In this document: piece by piece, positions 10,549 to 25,549 of the stretch
How the letters are laid out: each line of letters begins with the position of its first letter
How positions within the stretch are numbered: the stretch's first letter is position 1
Source of the DNA: Basidiobolus meristosporus CBS 931.73
Lineage: Eukaryota; Fungi; Basidiobolomycota
Direction: 5' to 3'
NCBI GenBank assembly: GCA_002104905.1
Contig: MCFE01000060.1
Span: 1 to 64,000 of the forward strand
Length of the DNA stretch: 64,000 nucleotides
The notes under the pieces: generated by a model
Told to the model about the DNA's origin: nothing
Seen by the model: only the letters and a program-made list of their open reading frames with translations
Databases searched by the model: none
Made by a program: the position numbers and the translations under genes

Positions 10549-12828
10549 ATGCTTCGCTACCTACACTGTTCGAAGAGTTCTCTAAGAGGGCAATCCTTTG
10601 CAAATGTACAAAAGAACCTATCCGTGAGAACACGGGCCACAACATCAAAACTGACTCGGTCACCGTTGATTCTAAATGATAATCTAGTTATGAATAGAGC
10701 AAGGTTATCGCCGGTTACGAACCTACGGGTACTGAGCTCACTTCAGCCAAGCAGCTATTTGAAGCTATCACATGAAGTCAATTGTGAACTACCCCTGAAG
10801 CCAGTGGTATTGCGGCAGGACCTTCCAACAACACCCGCGGAGGACCACAAAAAGAGTTCACTGATTGTTAGGCTTGTTCACAAGTTCCGCAACTTCTTGT
10901 CCATTTACATATTTGAGCCTATAAGAATTTCCTGCCGGTTTATGTATCTTGTAATCTTGTTTGTACCTTTGATTGTTACTGCACCGGTAATGTTGGTAGG
11001 AAAGAGAAATCCCGAAAGGGAGAACGAAACAAGCGGATCCTTGTGGTGGTACGATTTCTTGGTAGTGCAAATGGAGCGCGCTGGGCCCACATTCATCAAG
11101 GCAAGTCTTCCTTCTTTAGCAAAAAAACGGCGTCGGAGTAAGTACTTAAGTACGGCTTCACTAGTTGTCCCAATGGGCAGCTTCTAGAACAGATCTGTTT
11201 TCCTCCGAGTTCTGCCGAGTCCTCTCCAAGTTGCACAACAGAGTTGACCCCCACCCTTGGTCACATACGAAGCGTAGCATAGAAGCGGCATTTGGCGGGC
11301 GTTCGATGGATGAGATCTTCGAAGAATTCGACAAACAACCCATTGGAATTGGCGCTATAGCCCAAGTAATTGTGGAGAATAACATACTTTGAAGAAACCA
11401 CCAGAATGCTAACAGTTTCTTCAAGGTATATAAGGCCCGAATCAAACCCGGAATTCATGGAATGGCCGTTGACTCAGCAAACGATGGAACTTCGAACCAC
11501 ACCGAAAGTGTTGAGGTCGCAATCAAAGTGCTTCATCCCAGAGTAGACAAGCTGGTGGCAAGAGATCTTAAGATCATGATGTTCTTTGGGAAAATTCTGA
11601 ACTGGATACCTATGCTTCACTGGCTAAGTTTCCCGCAAGAGATCCAGGTATTCGGGGATATGATGGAGAAGCAGTTAGATTTGAGGCTGGAGGCCGAAAA
11701 TATGCTGAGATTTAGAAAGAACTTTGCCCAGAATCCTAACATCGATTTCTCCACCCCATGGAAAGCCTTCGTCTCGAAGAACGTCTTGGTGCAAAACTAC
11801 ATGTACGGAGTGCCATTGAAGTATTTCATGAATTCCAAGGTCAATTCCGTGTATGACGAAAAGATCGCCAATATCGGTAAGTTTCATTCGTGGTCGTGGC
11901 TTGAACTTCATTGACGTGCGATTGCCTAATAGGTTTGAATGGCTTCCTGGTAGGAAACTTTAGCCAGATAGTCAGATCATGAAATGGTTACTTAAACGAA
12001 ATCTCTCTACAGCACATGCTAATCTACGACAACTTTATCCACGCTGATCTTCACCCCGGCAACATCATGGTCAAGTTCATTCAGCCTCATGCGAAGCCAA
12101 TCGGCGACAGGCTGATAGAAAGATTTAAACCGACCAAGGCATTGGAAGAGTCCGATGACATTGTCAGAAATCTACTTGCAGTCAAGGACTCTCCGGAGGA
12201 GTGGAAAGCTCAGTTACTCTCCTTGTTTGAGCAGGGATACCAGCCTCAAGTGATCTTCTTGGATACTGGATTGGTGACAACGTTGGATGACGACAACCGA
12301 CGGGATTTTTTGGATTTGTTTAAGGCGATCGCCGTGTTTGACGGCTACAGAGCTGGTGAACTAATGGTCGAGAGATGCCGCACACCAGAGTTGGTTGTCA
12401 ATCCCGAGGGCTTCGCGCACAAAGTGGAGAACCTGGTGAATCGAGTCAAATCAGTCACATTCCAACTATCCAAGGTAGATGTTTCACACATCCTGGCGTC
12501 GGTTCTCTCGATGGTTCGTGAGCACCACGTCAAATTAGAGGGGGACTTCATCAATGTCATCATCAGCATCCTTATACTGGAAGGGATCGGAAGAAGACTT
12601 GATCCCGAGTTGGATATACTCAAGGAAGCCGTACCTATCTTGAGAAGCCTGGGAACCCAAGGCAACGGTAGAGCTGTGCTGGAGGGTATGAAGGAGCTGC
12701 CCGCTGGTGGTGGGTGGTGGTTGAAGACATGGTTCCTCTTGGAAGCTCGCAAGTTTTGGATGGATGCACTTTCATTCAAAACCGAACAAGAGCTTTTCGG
12801 TGAATTTGCTTATTTCGACCTCGTTTAA
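10549..12828 (+). CDS. CQD1: ABC1/UbiB atypical protein kinase, ADCK2/Cqd1 type, probably mitochondrial; multi-exon
   Basis: GPTFIK|LSQWAASRTDLF, IGIGAIAQV, VAIKVLHP, DLRLEAENM, NFIHADLHPGNIMV, FLDTGLV and ILEGIGRRLDP; Arg/Ser-rich N-terminal presequence. Confidence 0.88.
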
Positions 12829-13378
12829 AGCGGCGGGGCCTGTTTATGAGCGATCACAGCTATATGCTCCAAAATCGATGTTATATACATGCACATACAT
12901 ACACTGAGTGATTTTAGTTTATCAACACCTTGGCTTGCCCTATGGTTAATCGGATATACTTCTAATAAACATGGCAAGCCTAGTGTGGCCTAACCCACAT
13001 CCCATTTTCCCCGATGCCTATCTGCTAGCTAGGATGAACATCGGCAATAGCATCGATTGCAGTCCATGGACAGGTAATGCATCCGTAAACTGGGTGAAGA
13101 CTTCTCCACACTGAAGAAAAATCGAACGCCATGCATTCTCATGTACACCCCTTGACTTTGACAGTGGCTTTAACTCCGAATCCGGCCTGCATGGTATCAG
13201 AGCGACCTCTTCGCCATAAGCTAGGATATTTCTCGCAAGATTTTCAACGAACGAACCAATTTAGATAAAAAGGTCGAGTGGGATGAATCAACACCAAGGA
13301 TCGCAGTACGACTAAGTAGTAGTGATATTTATTTTGTTTGAAAAGAGCCAAGTCTAGAGCCCTCCTATCTCTAGAGCC

Positions 13379-14921
13379 ATGATCCTTGCACTGCTGTCCA
13401 TCTCCCTCAGCTTGTTCGCCCAGAGCACTCTATCCCTTGTGACTCCCAGTGAGGATTTTACCCAGTCGGTGAATGAAAGGAATTACATAGTGAAACTCAT
13501 GTCGCGCCCAGATAATGACTGGCCTTACGCAGCTACTGGCGAAGTCCATACAATTGGTGGAAGGTTTCATTACGTCTTTGGAAACTACACCAAGGCCACG
13601 TTAGAGTATTTGCGGAATCACCCTCTGGTGGACTACATCGAGAAGGAGGCAGTCATCAAGGCGTCAGCGTATGAAAAGAACCCACCCAGTTGGGTAGGTA
13701 TTTCATCCCATCATGGTGACTGTGGCGATCCTAATATCATGACTAGGGCCTTGACAGGATTGATCAAGAGACATTCCCTCTGGACCAGACCTACAATTAC
13801 CCCGATTCTGGAGGGGAAGGGGTGGATGTATTCGTGATAGACACGTAAGTTGCAATATAGATCCCACTGTCAAAGCATCGACTGATTGTCCGTGAAAACG
13901 ACCCCGTAGTGGCATATACGTGGAGCATCAAGATTTCGATGGCCGAGCCAAATGGGGCACAACCGTTATCAATTCACCAAACACTGACTTGAATGGCCAC
14001 GGGACCTTCACTGCGGCCATCATAGGTGGCAAAACGTTTGGTGTCGCGAAAAAGGCCGCCCTCTACGCCGTAAAGGTAGGATGGAACGAACTGTGGGGAT
14101 GGCGCATTGATCACTAAGACACTAGATACAGGCCTTGAACTCCGAAGGCGAGGGTAGCACGCTCACGCTGCTTAAAGGCCTACAGTATGTGAGCCAGATG
14201 CATCAACTCAAGGCGAATAAAAAGACGATCGTGAAGTCGGAGCATATTTTGATGGATTGTTGACTGAATGCGAGATTAATCCAATCGTGCGAATAGTTTA
14301 TCCTTAGGAACCGCCTACAACCGAGTCATCAATGAAGCAGTGAACATCGCCGTGGAGGAAGGGATAGTTGTGGTGGTATGTGAGTCTGTGTACATCCCAA
14401 TCAACCTCACTTCATTTACTGGTTCTCAAAAATAGGTGGCTGCTGGCAACGGCATCAATGGAATCGATGGGCAGGATGCGTGCAGGTTCTCGCCAGCCTC
14501 CGCCTCGGAGGTGATAGCCGTTGGCTCGACTCAAATCAACGACGCGGTGAGCGTATTTTCTAATTATGGCCCATGTGTGACTGTATATGCACCAGGGGAT
14601 TCTGTCACTTCTGCGTTCGTTGGCTCCACCATAGCAACCAGCACTCTCTCCGGAACATCCTTTGCCGCACCACACGTCTCAGGAGTGGCGGCCTTGATAC
14701 TAGGCAACGCGACTACCTCATTGACCCCTAGAGAAGTCAAGGATAGGATACTGGCGATAGCCACCAAGAACACCATCAAAAATCTACCCTCCGATTCCCC
14801 CAACTTTCTACTCAACAACCGAATAGAGAACTACTTCGCCAATTCCGAGAACCTCGTAACCACCGGCGCGGCGGGATTCGTGCTCTCATTGGTTTCTGGC
14901 GGATATTTATTAATGACGTAA
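13379..14921 (+). CDS. Secreted S8 subtilisin (proteinase K-like) with I9 prodomain and hydrophobic C-terminal extension; multi-exon
   Basis: Signal peptide; VDYIEKEAVI; WGLDRIDQ across an intron; triad regions VFVIDTG, DLNGHGT and SGTSFAAPHVSGVAA. Confidence 0.93.
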
Positions 14922-15236
14922 TATAGGATTAATTGTTATGAACGGAAATTTTGAATGTGATGGCCAGAATTACCTTTATTGAAGAGAAATAGCATGGAAT
15001 GATGAAATACAACTAAAACGGCCAGGGATGCGTTGGAGGGTGGCTACATTCAGGCTGGTGGATTCTCTCCTCAACGCACGTGTCGATGTCGGTTGAGCTC
15101 TCGGATTGTAAACATTGATATAAATCTATATATGTCTTTTCAAACCAACGCACCAGCGTAGTAATCAGATGGAGAGGCCATATTGTGTCTTTGAAGCGAT
15201 GGTGTTGTCGAAAAGATGCGTATCTGATGCTTCGCT

Positions 15237-17874
15237 CTAATTATTGGTCCGGTTGGGATAGCCAGCATGGGGGCTCATGTGGATGGAGGTGGATGTGGAT
15301 GTGGATGGCGATGAGGTCACTGATTGTAACGAGGTGTGAGATTGACTGAAATTGTGGATAGGGCTAGCGTATACACCAGATTCATATGTGGACCTGTGTG
15401 GATCTACGTTACTCGAAAGAGACGACTCCACCATGTACTGCCCGACATATTCATTCCACTCGTTGAAGTCTATAGACATCGGGACGTCCCATGTAGATGC
15501 AGTTCCAGCATTGACATATTGTTCCAGAGTTCTTTGGTCTGCAGGCGACACGTCCGGCAAAGTTGTAGGAGCATCGTTCTGACTATACGCAGCATGAGCT
15601 GCAGATCCAATACTGTAGTCCCTCTGAGCTCCAACTCCTAATGGCAGCGAATCGACTTCGGAAGCGTCTGATGAGTGAGCGCCCCTTATGCCATCATTAA
15701 ATCCGGGCGTGAACACTTGAGAGATTGGTCGCGAGGTTTCTTGTGAGGCAGTCCAATGGGCTGGTATGGAAGGGCTCATTCCTATAGACTTTCCCCTGGA
15801 TGCTAGATGTTGTTGGGGCGATTGGGTGGCTGACATACCAGCATTGGATCCGTCCTCCAGCCTCATGCTGGTCGGCCCAGGTGCGAGTGCATTCGAACCG
15901 ATCTGTGGACTGATTTCGTCTGTGCACACTTCTTTGTCGATCATTTCTGAGTTGAGATTGATCTTTCGAGCAGCTATCAACTCCAACAAGAGAATTTGAT
16001 ACCTGCCGACACGCCCCCACTTTTGCTTGACTCGCTCTAAAATCTCCAGGTTCTTGGACAAATACTCCTTGGCAGGATTAGCAATCCATGCGTCAGTGGA
16101 CGTTGCGTTCAGTAGATGAATGGTGCTCGAAGTAAATACGGGGAAAAGCAATAGAACAATCACGTGCTCCAACGATGGACTGTCAAGGCATGCGAGAGCA
16201 ATGGTGGTTGTTCTGTTTGCAGCAGTGGTACATATCGGCAGCGAGGGGTATGGAAATCTATAGTTCTCGCCAGTCTTCGGTATGTAAGGACGGTGAAGCA
16301 GGATAAGCGCGCAGTGATACCACATATGGGCGTATATCAGCGTAGGCGACTGCGGTGGCTTGTTGGACGAGTAGTCGCTAGGGTTGTAGTGTAGCCCTTC
16401 AGGTAGCGAAACTAGCCATGAGTGAAGTGCTGAATCAAGCTCAAGCAGGATGGATTTGTTCTTTTGTGGGTTCTGACTTGGGACTGTTCTTATGGGATAT
16501 ATGTCGCTCATGATCCGTCCGATGATCTCCTTCAACCGAATGACTTGTACGAACGGCTTCAATGCCAATCCCGATTGCGGGGACACGGAGATCCCCGACT
16601 CTATCTCAGAATTGGGATCGATGCATGGTAGGGTGGTATCGTAGTATCTGTCATCAATGCACAGTGGTCTTCCAACACAAACACTGCCATGGCGGTCGAT
16701 TTGATAGCAGACCCACCATACGCGCTTCCTGGTTTCCTTCTCCTGTTGGGTCAGGCCCTCAATGTCCCATTTCTCGGGGTTACGATGCAATCCTAGATCT
16801 TCAGCCATCCTGATAGCCATCCCACTATATAACCAAGCCCTCATTCCGCTATAGGTAATATGTTGATAGATTCCCAAGAGGATGAGGGCTTGAATGTTTT
16901 CAAGAGAGCTGACCTCGTACGTTCGATCCAACAGCATCCTTGCTCGTTCATAGAATGTCTCTGGGGTCAGGTTCTCCTTTGTCAGGATGGTCTCAGACGA
17001 TATAAAAACGGCCGCTATTGCGAGAATGCTGTTCAGTAGGAAAAACGGTGGCTCGGCGTCGATATCCCCGAGGCGATCCAGAAATTCTGCTTTGTGGAGT
17101 AGAGGGAAGATCGGATTGACACAATTGAAATACGTTTCTAGAAGGTAACCAAACAACTTCGAGGAGGGCAACAGAGAAGGGTTGAACTCCGAATCCTTGA
17201 ATTCGGTTAGGTTTAGCTTTTCTGGGGCGCAGGACCTCATCTTGAACACCCCCTTTTGATAGCGGTCGGTTTGTCGAAGCAAGTAGAAACCAGAACTTGT
17301 CCCGCAGTAACGAACTCTGCCATGGTCGTCCAAAGTTAACTGCTCCGCCTCGTTACTTAATTCTTCAAACTCGAGCTCCTCTTTTCTCGAAACGCTTTCG
17401 CATTTTTCTGGGGAGCTCAGTTTGGTCCAAAGAGTTCTCTTCGGGAGAAGCACAAGTGCTGCTAGGGGAGGAGCTGTGATCAATCGGGGAGTCCACTACA
17501 TCCTCTTTCGGTTCTACAGGCTCCTTCGAATCCAGAGACTTGGTTCGGACCGAGGCGCGAGATTTACGAGGCGCTGTCTGATGCGTTTCCTCCAATTTCC
17601 GGAGCTCTGCAACCACATTTTCCGCAGCACCAGGCTCGCCTTGAACGAGACCACCCAATATATGCTCCATTCTATGCAGACGACTTTCGATGGCCTCTAT
17701 ATAGCCTTTCGGTGGGCCTCGTTTTTTGGTTGTGTCGTTGTAGGTGCACGTTATTCCAAGTGCTTTGCAATTGGAGCATATAGGCTGAGTACCATCGCAG
17801 CGTACCTTTCTTCTTCGGCAGTTGTCACAAGCTTTACTAACACGTTGCCTTTTTTGACTGTCATCAGTGCCCAT
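15237..17874 (-). CDS. Zn(II)2Cys6 transcription factor with fungal-specific middle homology region; frameshift between 17365 and 17483
   Basis: ACDNCRRRKVRCDG.QPICSNC...C followed by KKRGPPKGY. The downstream ORF has GRVRYCGTSSG, PLLHK, AIRMAEDLGLHR and RKRVWWVCYQID. The two halves lie in different frames and I found no splice solution. Confidence 0.88.
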
Positions 17875-18253
17875 TGCAACGGGTCAATAATCAAGCTGTC
17901 TCAGGGATTTACTGGGTAATCTGTAGGAAAGCTGTCAAAGTCCCATAAACTGCAAATTCAGCAAACAAATAGAGTAGTAAAACTACACCAGCTTTATAAT
18001 TGGAGAGGAAATGCTTGGCCTAGATCTATAGATAGCCTTGAACTAAGCTACCCTATAATTAGTTCATTCATTATAACTCTAACCCGCTAGGTTGCTCACT
18101 GATGATTATAGCAATCACATGACTAACCCTAACTGACAAATCATAGCTTTTGCCTTAACCCTAGCCCTGATCGATAGTCAAATGACGAAGTATGTATAAT
18201 AATTACTAGATTGGATTCACGTAATATAGCATTGACATTTCATTGTTCTCTAG

Positions 18254-18804
18254 TTATAACTCGGCAATGGCGTCTTGAAGCTCTTCAAGAGTATCGTTGA
18301 TCGACGCGACCACCACCTCGAGTAGCTCCTCAGTCTCCTTCACCACCTCGCTGTAATCCTTCTCGCCGAGAACGGTCTCGCGGTTGAAAATTTGATATTT
18401 GGCCGTCTAAACAATGATTATTTTTCGCTATCCTAGACAATAAAACCGAAACGTGCTTACTAGTTGAAGTTTCTCTCTTTCCAAGTTTTGTACCAGGCGC
18501 AATTGCTCGGCAAAAGTGTCGGAGCCTAGATCCTTCAGGTTCTGCTCAACCTCCTGAACATCGTTCGATATCTTGACAAAGTGGGTGGTGATCTCTTGGC
18601 ATTTCTCGTTGTAGGTCTCATAAGACGCTTCTCCTTTGACATACTCCTGGTAGATTCTAGAAAAGCCACAGATTGTTTAGAACATACTCGGACAGCGAAT
18701 GCGGATGGGAGGGCATACTTGTCAAATACTTGATACCATTGTGTTCTCTCACCCTGAAGGTTTTTGAATTTAATGACCAATTCGAGGATCTGATCGTTCG
18801 ACAT
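18254..18804 (-). CDS. REX1-B domain-containing protein (REX1BD-like), three exons
   Basis: Two GT-AG introns give MSNDQILELVIKFKNLQGERTQWYQVFDKIYQEYV...CQEITTHFVKISNDV...VQNLEREKLQLTAKYQ...INDTLEELQDAIAEL, the helical pattern of the REX1-B family. Confidence 0.7.
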
Positions 18805-19003
18805 GGTTAAAGAGGAATTCCACTTCAGCGGCGCAGGGTGGATTAGGTTGCCTGTTATTCACCTCAAGGTAGCCCTTGAAGAATCATTGATCTGGAGTAG
18901 TTGGAAATTTTGATGTGGATGGATCAGCCACTAGGATTCGATCATTTTATCGCCTCAATGCAGGATTTATCTATTCTACTGATAGAGATAGCTCTTGGTG
19001 AAA
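18805..19003. promoter_or_regulatory. Short putative bidirectional promoter
   Basis: Only ~200 bp separate the divergent start codons at 18804 (-) and 19004 (+). Confidence 0.55.
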
Positions 19004-21219
<2,216 letters not shown>

Positions 21220-21699
21220 GCTTTTCGGTGTCAACCTGCATCACTTCAGCAATAAACCTACTTTGTTTACGGAAACGAAACCAAAAAAGCACACCCGCAC
21301 TCCTAATAAGGGCCCTACAGATATCTTGATTCTGCAAGAACATAGGTGGTATTGAAAGGATGAGTCACTGTCCGAGCGAAGGTAGCATCGATGGCCAATA
21401 CTTCCCCCAATATTGGCTAATATTATGAGATACTACGCAATTCCAAACGAGAACCGTTGTGGTACGCATTCCAAACTAGTGTAAATTCGCCATCTACAAA
21501 AGAACTTACACCACTCAATCCTAAGATTCGGAAACATCCCGAGGAATCTAGGTTTGCAAGAGGACTGGGTGATTTTCCAGGCAACCAATTGGCCAATCTG
21601 GTGATTGCGCTAACGAATCGTGGAATAAGAAAATTTTGTCGTTCGCTAATTAGATTCAATTGCCAATACGCCATATGTCACAAACCCAATAACTACACA

Positions 21700-23468
21700 A
21701 TGTCGCCATCTGAAATAGTCCATTCCCCGCACTATATAAGCACCAGGCCTGGGAGTCTCCGAAATTACACACGAGCAATGGCCAACCTGAAAGATACTGC
21801 CAGCATTAGAAGTGGGAGCACCGACTCCCAAAAGCTTGTTCGATCCATTGGATTGTTCAGTGGAACAGTAAGTGCCTATTGGCCCACTGTAAACCGGAGT
21901 ACTTTCATTGACGCCTCCTATTTAGATGAACATTGTGGGGACCATCGTCGGCTCAGGTATCTTCAGCTTACCAGCCCTGGTCTTTTCGCACGTCGGCTCC
22001 CCGGGAATGGCCATTATCCTATGGATTCTCGGAGGAGTCGTGAGTTTCGCCGGAACGCTTGGTTACAACGAATTCGGCTGCGTAAGTTATTTCTTCACCA
22101 CCCCGTACGACTTCCATTGACTGACCGATCCCACAGATGTTTCCCATCAACGGGGGTGAGAAGGAATACCTCGAGCAATCCTTCAAGAAATCCAAGAAGC
22201 TATTCTCGTTTCTCTTCTGCATGAGCCTGATCATCTTCATTCGCAGTAGCTTTTGCGCCGCCATTTCCACAAACATCGGGAATTACGTTTTATACGCCGT
22301 TTATGGACCCCGTGACACCATCACTGATCCCTTCGTCAAGGACCACTTTGATTGGCTGGCCCGCGCAATTGCTGCTGCTGCTCTTATCTTGATCACAGTC
22401 ACTCAGATGGTTTCAACCAAGTGGACCATCCGAATCCAGGACGGGCTTTCAGTATTCAAGATTCTGCTACTTGGCCTCGTGGTGGTCACCGGATTTGTGG
22501 TTCTTGGCGGTGGAACCTCGGTCAAACCGGTACTCAACGCAAGCACCTTGTTTGCGGGGACCTCCAAGGATCCCACCGATTACACCTGGGCCCTGTTCAA
22601 GGTGTTTGCTGCTTATGATGGTAACTATCCGCTTGTGTGCGTGAGACCCTAGACTCCAGACTCAAATTTGTCCCTAGGTTGGAATAACTTAAACTACAGT
22701 ATCGAGGAGCTCAAAGACCCTGTCCGTATCCTTCCCAAAGCCACCACCATCGGATTAGGGATCGTCGTCGTCCTTTATGTTCTCAGCAACTTGGCCTATT
22801 TCGCCGCATTGCCATTGGAGAAGCTCTTGGCCTCGCAACAGGTAGTCTCGGCGGAATTCTTCGCCATGGTGTATGGCGTGTCCTTTGGTCAACGTGTGCT
22901 TCCAATCTTCATCGCATTGTCGGCATACGGCTCGGTATCTTGTATGGCATTCGGGGCGTCGCGAGTCATTCTTGCCTCGGCACAAGAGGGCTTCCTTCCT
23001 TTCGGCTCGTATCTTGGATCGGTCTCCCGGTTGAATACGCCCGCATGGGCCCTCCTTCTGAACCTGGTCATCTCACTGACACTGATGCTTGCCCCACCCC
23101 CTGGAGAAGCCTACAACTTCCTAATCGACATGACCGGGTATCCAGCATGGATCTTCTACGGCCTGTCCATGGTTGGGCTGATCTATCTTCGCAAAAAAGA
23201 GCCAAACCTTACCCGCCCATTCCGCACCTCCATCATCTTCAGCGTATTGTTCATCCTTGTCTCCGTCTTCTTGATGGTGTTCCCCTTCTTGCCCCCCTCC
23301 AACCATACCGGCACCATCCCTTACTACATGAGCCCCTTGCTCTCGGTGGTCTTCATCGTCCTGTGTGTTCCCGTCTGGTGGTACCGAGTGGGTAGACATG
23401 CGGAGGAAGAGCCAGTAAGACATCATGTAGTGGAGGAGGAATACGGCACCAAAATCACCCACGCTTAA
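21700..23468 (+). CDS. APC superfamily amino-acid permease, LAT/Mup1-like; multi-exon
   Basis: IVGSGIFSLP, GGEKEYL, FAAYDG|WNNLNYSIEELKDP, RVILASAQEG, TPAWALL and EPNLTRPF; about 12 TM segments. The start could alternatively be the ATG at 21778. Confidence 0.92.
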
Positions 23469-24428
23469 GTACTTTGTATACTAGTCATGATCTATAATAT
23501 TCCTACGCACTGTAAAAATCCATATAATGAATAAACCATCAATTATTGATTGAATCGGCCAACTGGGAATCCTGCTTGCTAGCTTGCTGATCATTCGCGT
23601 GGTTTCAGGTTCCTTCGATATATCAAAACAATCCCGAGCCCGCTATGGATGTGTAAGCTCCACTCCAAGTTCTGTTGAGAAGAGACAGAGGCTTAACTTG
23701 CCTTTGGCGTCCCTTCGTAAAGCTTCCACAAACACCCCGACTGCTCGTACAAATACTAGCGATCGTGGCCACCAGTCTATTATGTTATGCTGGTCGGCCA
23801 ATGCTGGTAATTCAAGAATCCTACGCTGGGCTTACCACTTTGATAACACATGTACCGAAAATCCGTAAATGTATCCCGAATATGTCTTAACTCCATCACG
23901 TGGGAGTTTATCTTGATTAACTCCGGTGACACTTACATAAGGAATGGTTAAAAGCATTGGATCTGCAGAAACCAGATTTCCAATCTTGCACACAATTAAG
24001 TTGCTGAGCATATTTGAAAAAGTCCCACACAGATTGAAATCGGGTTCCCATAAAAAAATGGCCCAGAAACATTGATGCCTCATGGGATGGTGAGTACTTA
24101 TCTAGCCAGTGGATTGCAATCGCTGTTCAGGAGAAAAAAGATGATGCCAGCCAACTACTGGGAGGCAAAGTAAGCATGACTAGGAATTATTCCTTGCTTA
24201 CATAATCGGCGGGGAGTTCTGATTTGCTACTGGAGGCGTTCATCTTCGCTATGTGAAACTCGAGGTAGTACCCTCTTCCATGGGTTCACCCTATATTCTG
24301 CCAGGTAGCACCAGCATTGCCATTTTAGGGAGCTGATGGTGGATATATACCTTGGATGCGTCTTGATCACCTATTTTATCCTTTTTCTACTAATGCCTAC
24401 CTCCCAACCCATCTGAATCGAACTTAAC

Positions 24429-25549
24429 ATGAATGACCCCTTTGACTTCGCCTTCAATCCATACTACTTCCATGAGTCCTCAGATGACAACAAGCTTGAT
24501 ACATCAGACTTTCAAACCACACAGCTACCCATAGACCCCTTCATCAAAAGAGAAAGCGGGAATTTATCTTTTGACTCCGCCACACCGCCCACACCTTCGC
24601 CCTCCGCTGCCTCCGCGTCGAACGAGCCGTTCTGGCAGCTGGATGGAAGTTCCCCAGAGAAAGCCACCGAGTTCACGAAGCGAAGGAACTGGCAGACCCG
24701 AGTAATCAACGAGCTCAAAGATTTGTATCTGGTACTCTCTCCCACCTGCGGACTGATTTATTGCTCACCATCCTCCCAAGAAACCCTCGGCTACAAACCT
24801 GAAGAGTTGACCGGAAGGAATGTCCTGGATCTCATTCATGTGGATGATAGCGACAATTTCACGAGGATGATCAGCCTCTCGTCGAAAGACAAGAGGTTTC
24901 AATTGTACTGCCGGCTCCGCAAGAAGGACGATCGGTTCGTCATGTTCGAGATAAAGGGGCATCCGCGGTACAACCCAGGCGATTTCCATCCGACTTGCTA
25001 CTTTTGCATTGCCCGACCGTATTTCTCCAAGGCCAATGCCATGCTGGACTCCTTTTTGCAACTGAAGATTGAGAACGAGCTGTTGCAGAAACGGCTGAGG
25101 GAGTTCGGAGGCTCCTCCCAACGGCCAGCTTCCTCGGACGGTTGCAGTGGCATTCCTCAAACGGATGGAGAAAAATCGCCTCCCAACACTGGTAGAAGTT
25201 CGATCGATCTACGTGGGGGGAAGAGTGAGACGGTTGATGGAGACATTGTCGAAAGTCCCCCAGGATATTCCAGTGGCTACACGCCAAAGAGAAAGGCATG
25301 TGCTCCTCTGGCTGGCTGATGATTCTTGAACCCTTTGACTAATAGGATTCTCTAGAAAAAGCGTGCACCAGATTCCGAGCGTATCTGCACCGAATGCGGG
25401 ACAACAGAGGCTCCCGAATGGAGAAAAGGGCCCAATGGGCCCAAAACGTAAGAACATAATTTATCGTACTATTGAGTCCTCTATTATCACTAACACGTTG
25501 TAGCCTATGCAATGCCTGTGGACTCCGGTGGGCAAAGAAGGCTAAATGA
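24429..25549 (+). CDS. wc-2: White Collar-2-like PAS + GATA zinc-finger transcription factor
   Basis: PAS domain (LYLVLSP...YCSPS...LGYKPEEL.G), coiled coil [17 protein letters not shown], and GATA finger [21 protein letters not shown]|[11 protein letters not shown]. First intron 25296-25355; a second intron splits the GATA finger at KT|LC. Confidence 0.88.

Noticed and set aside
21457-21699. Long N-terminal extension of the permease ORF
   Set aside because: The track's start is a GTG and the sequence looks like promoter or UTR; permease homology begins only after ~21820.
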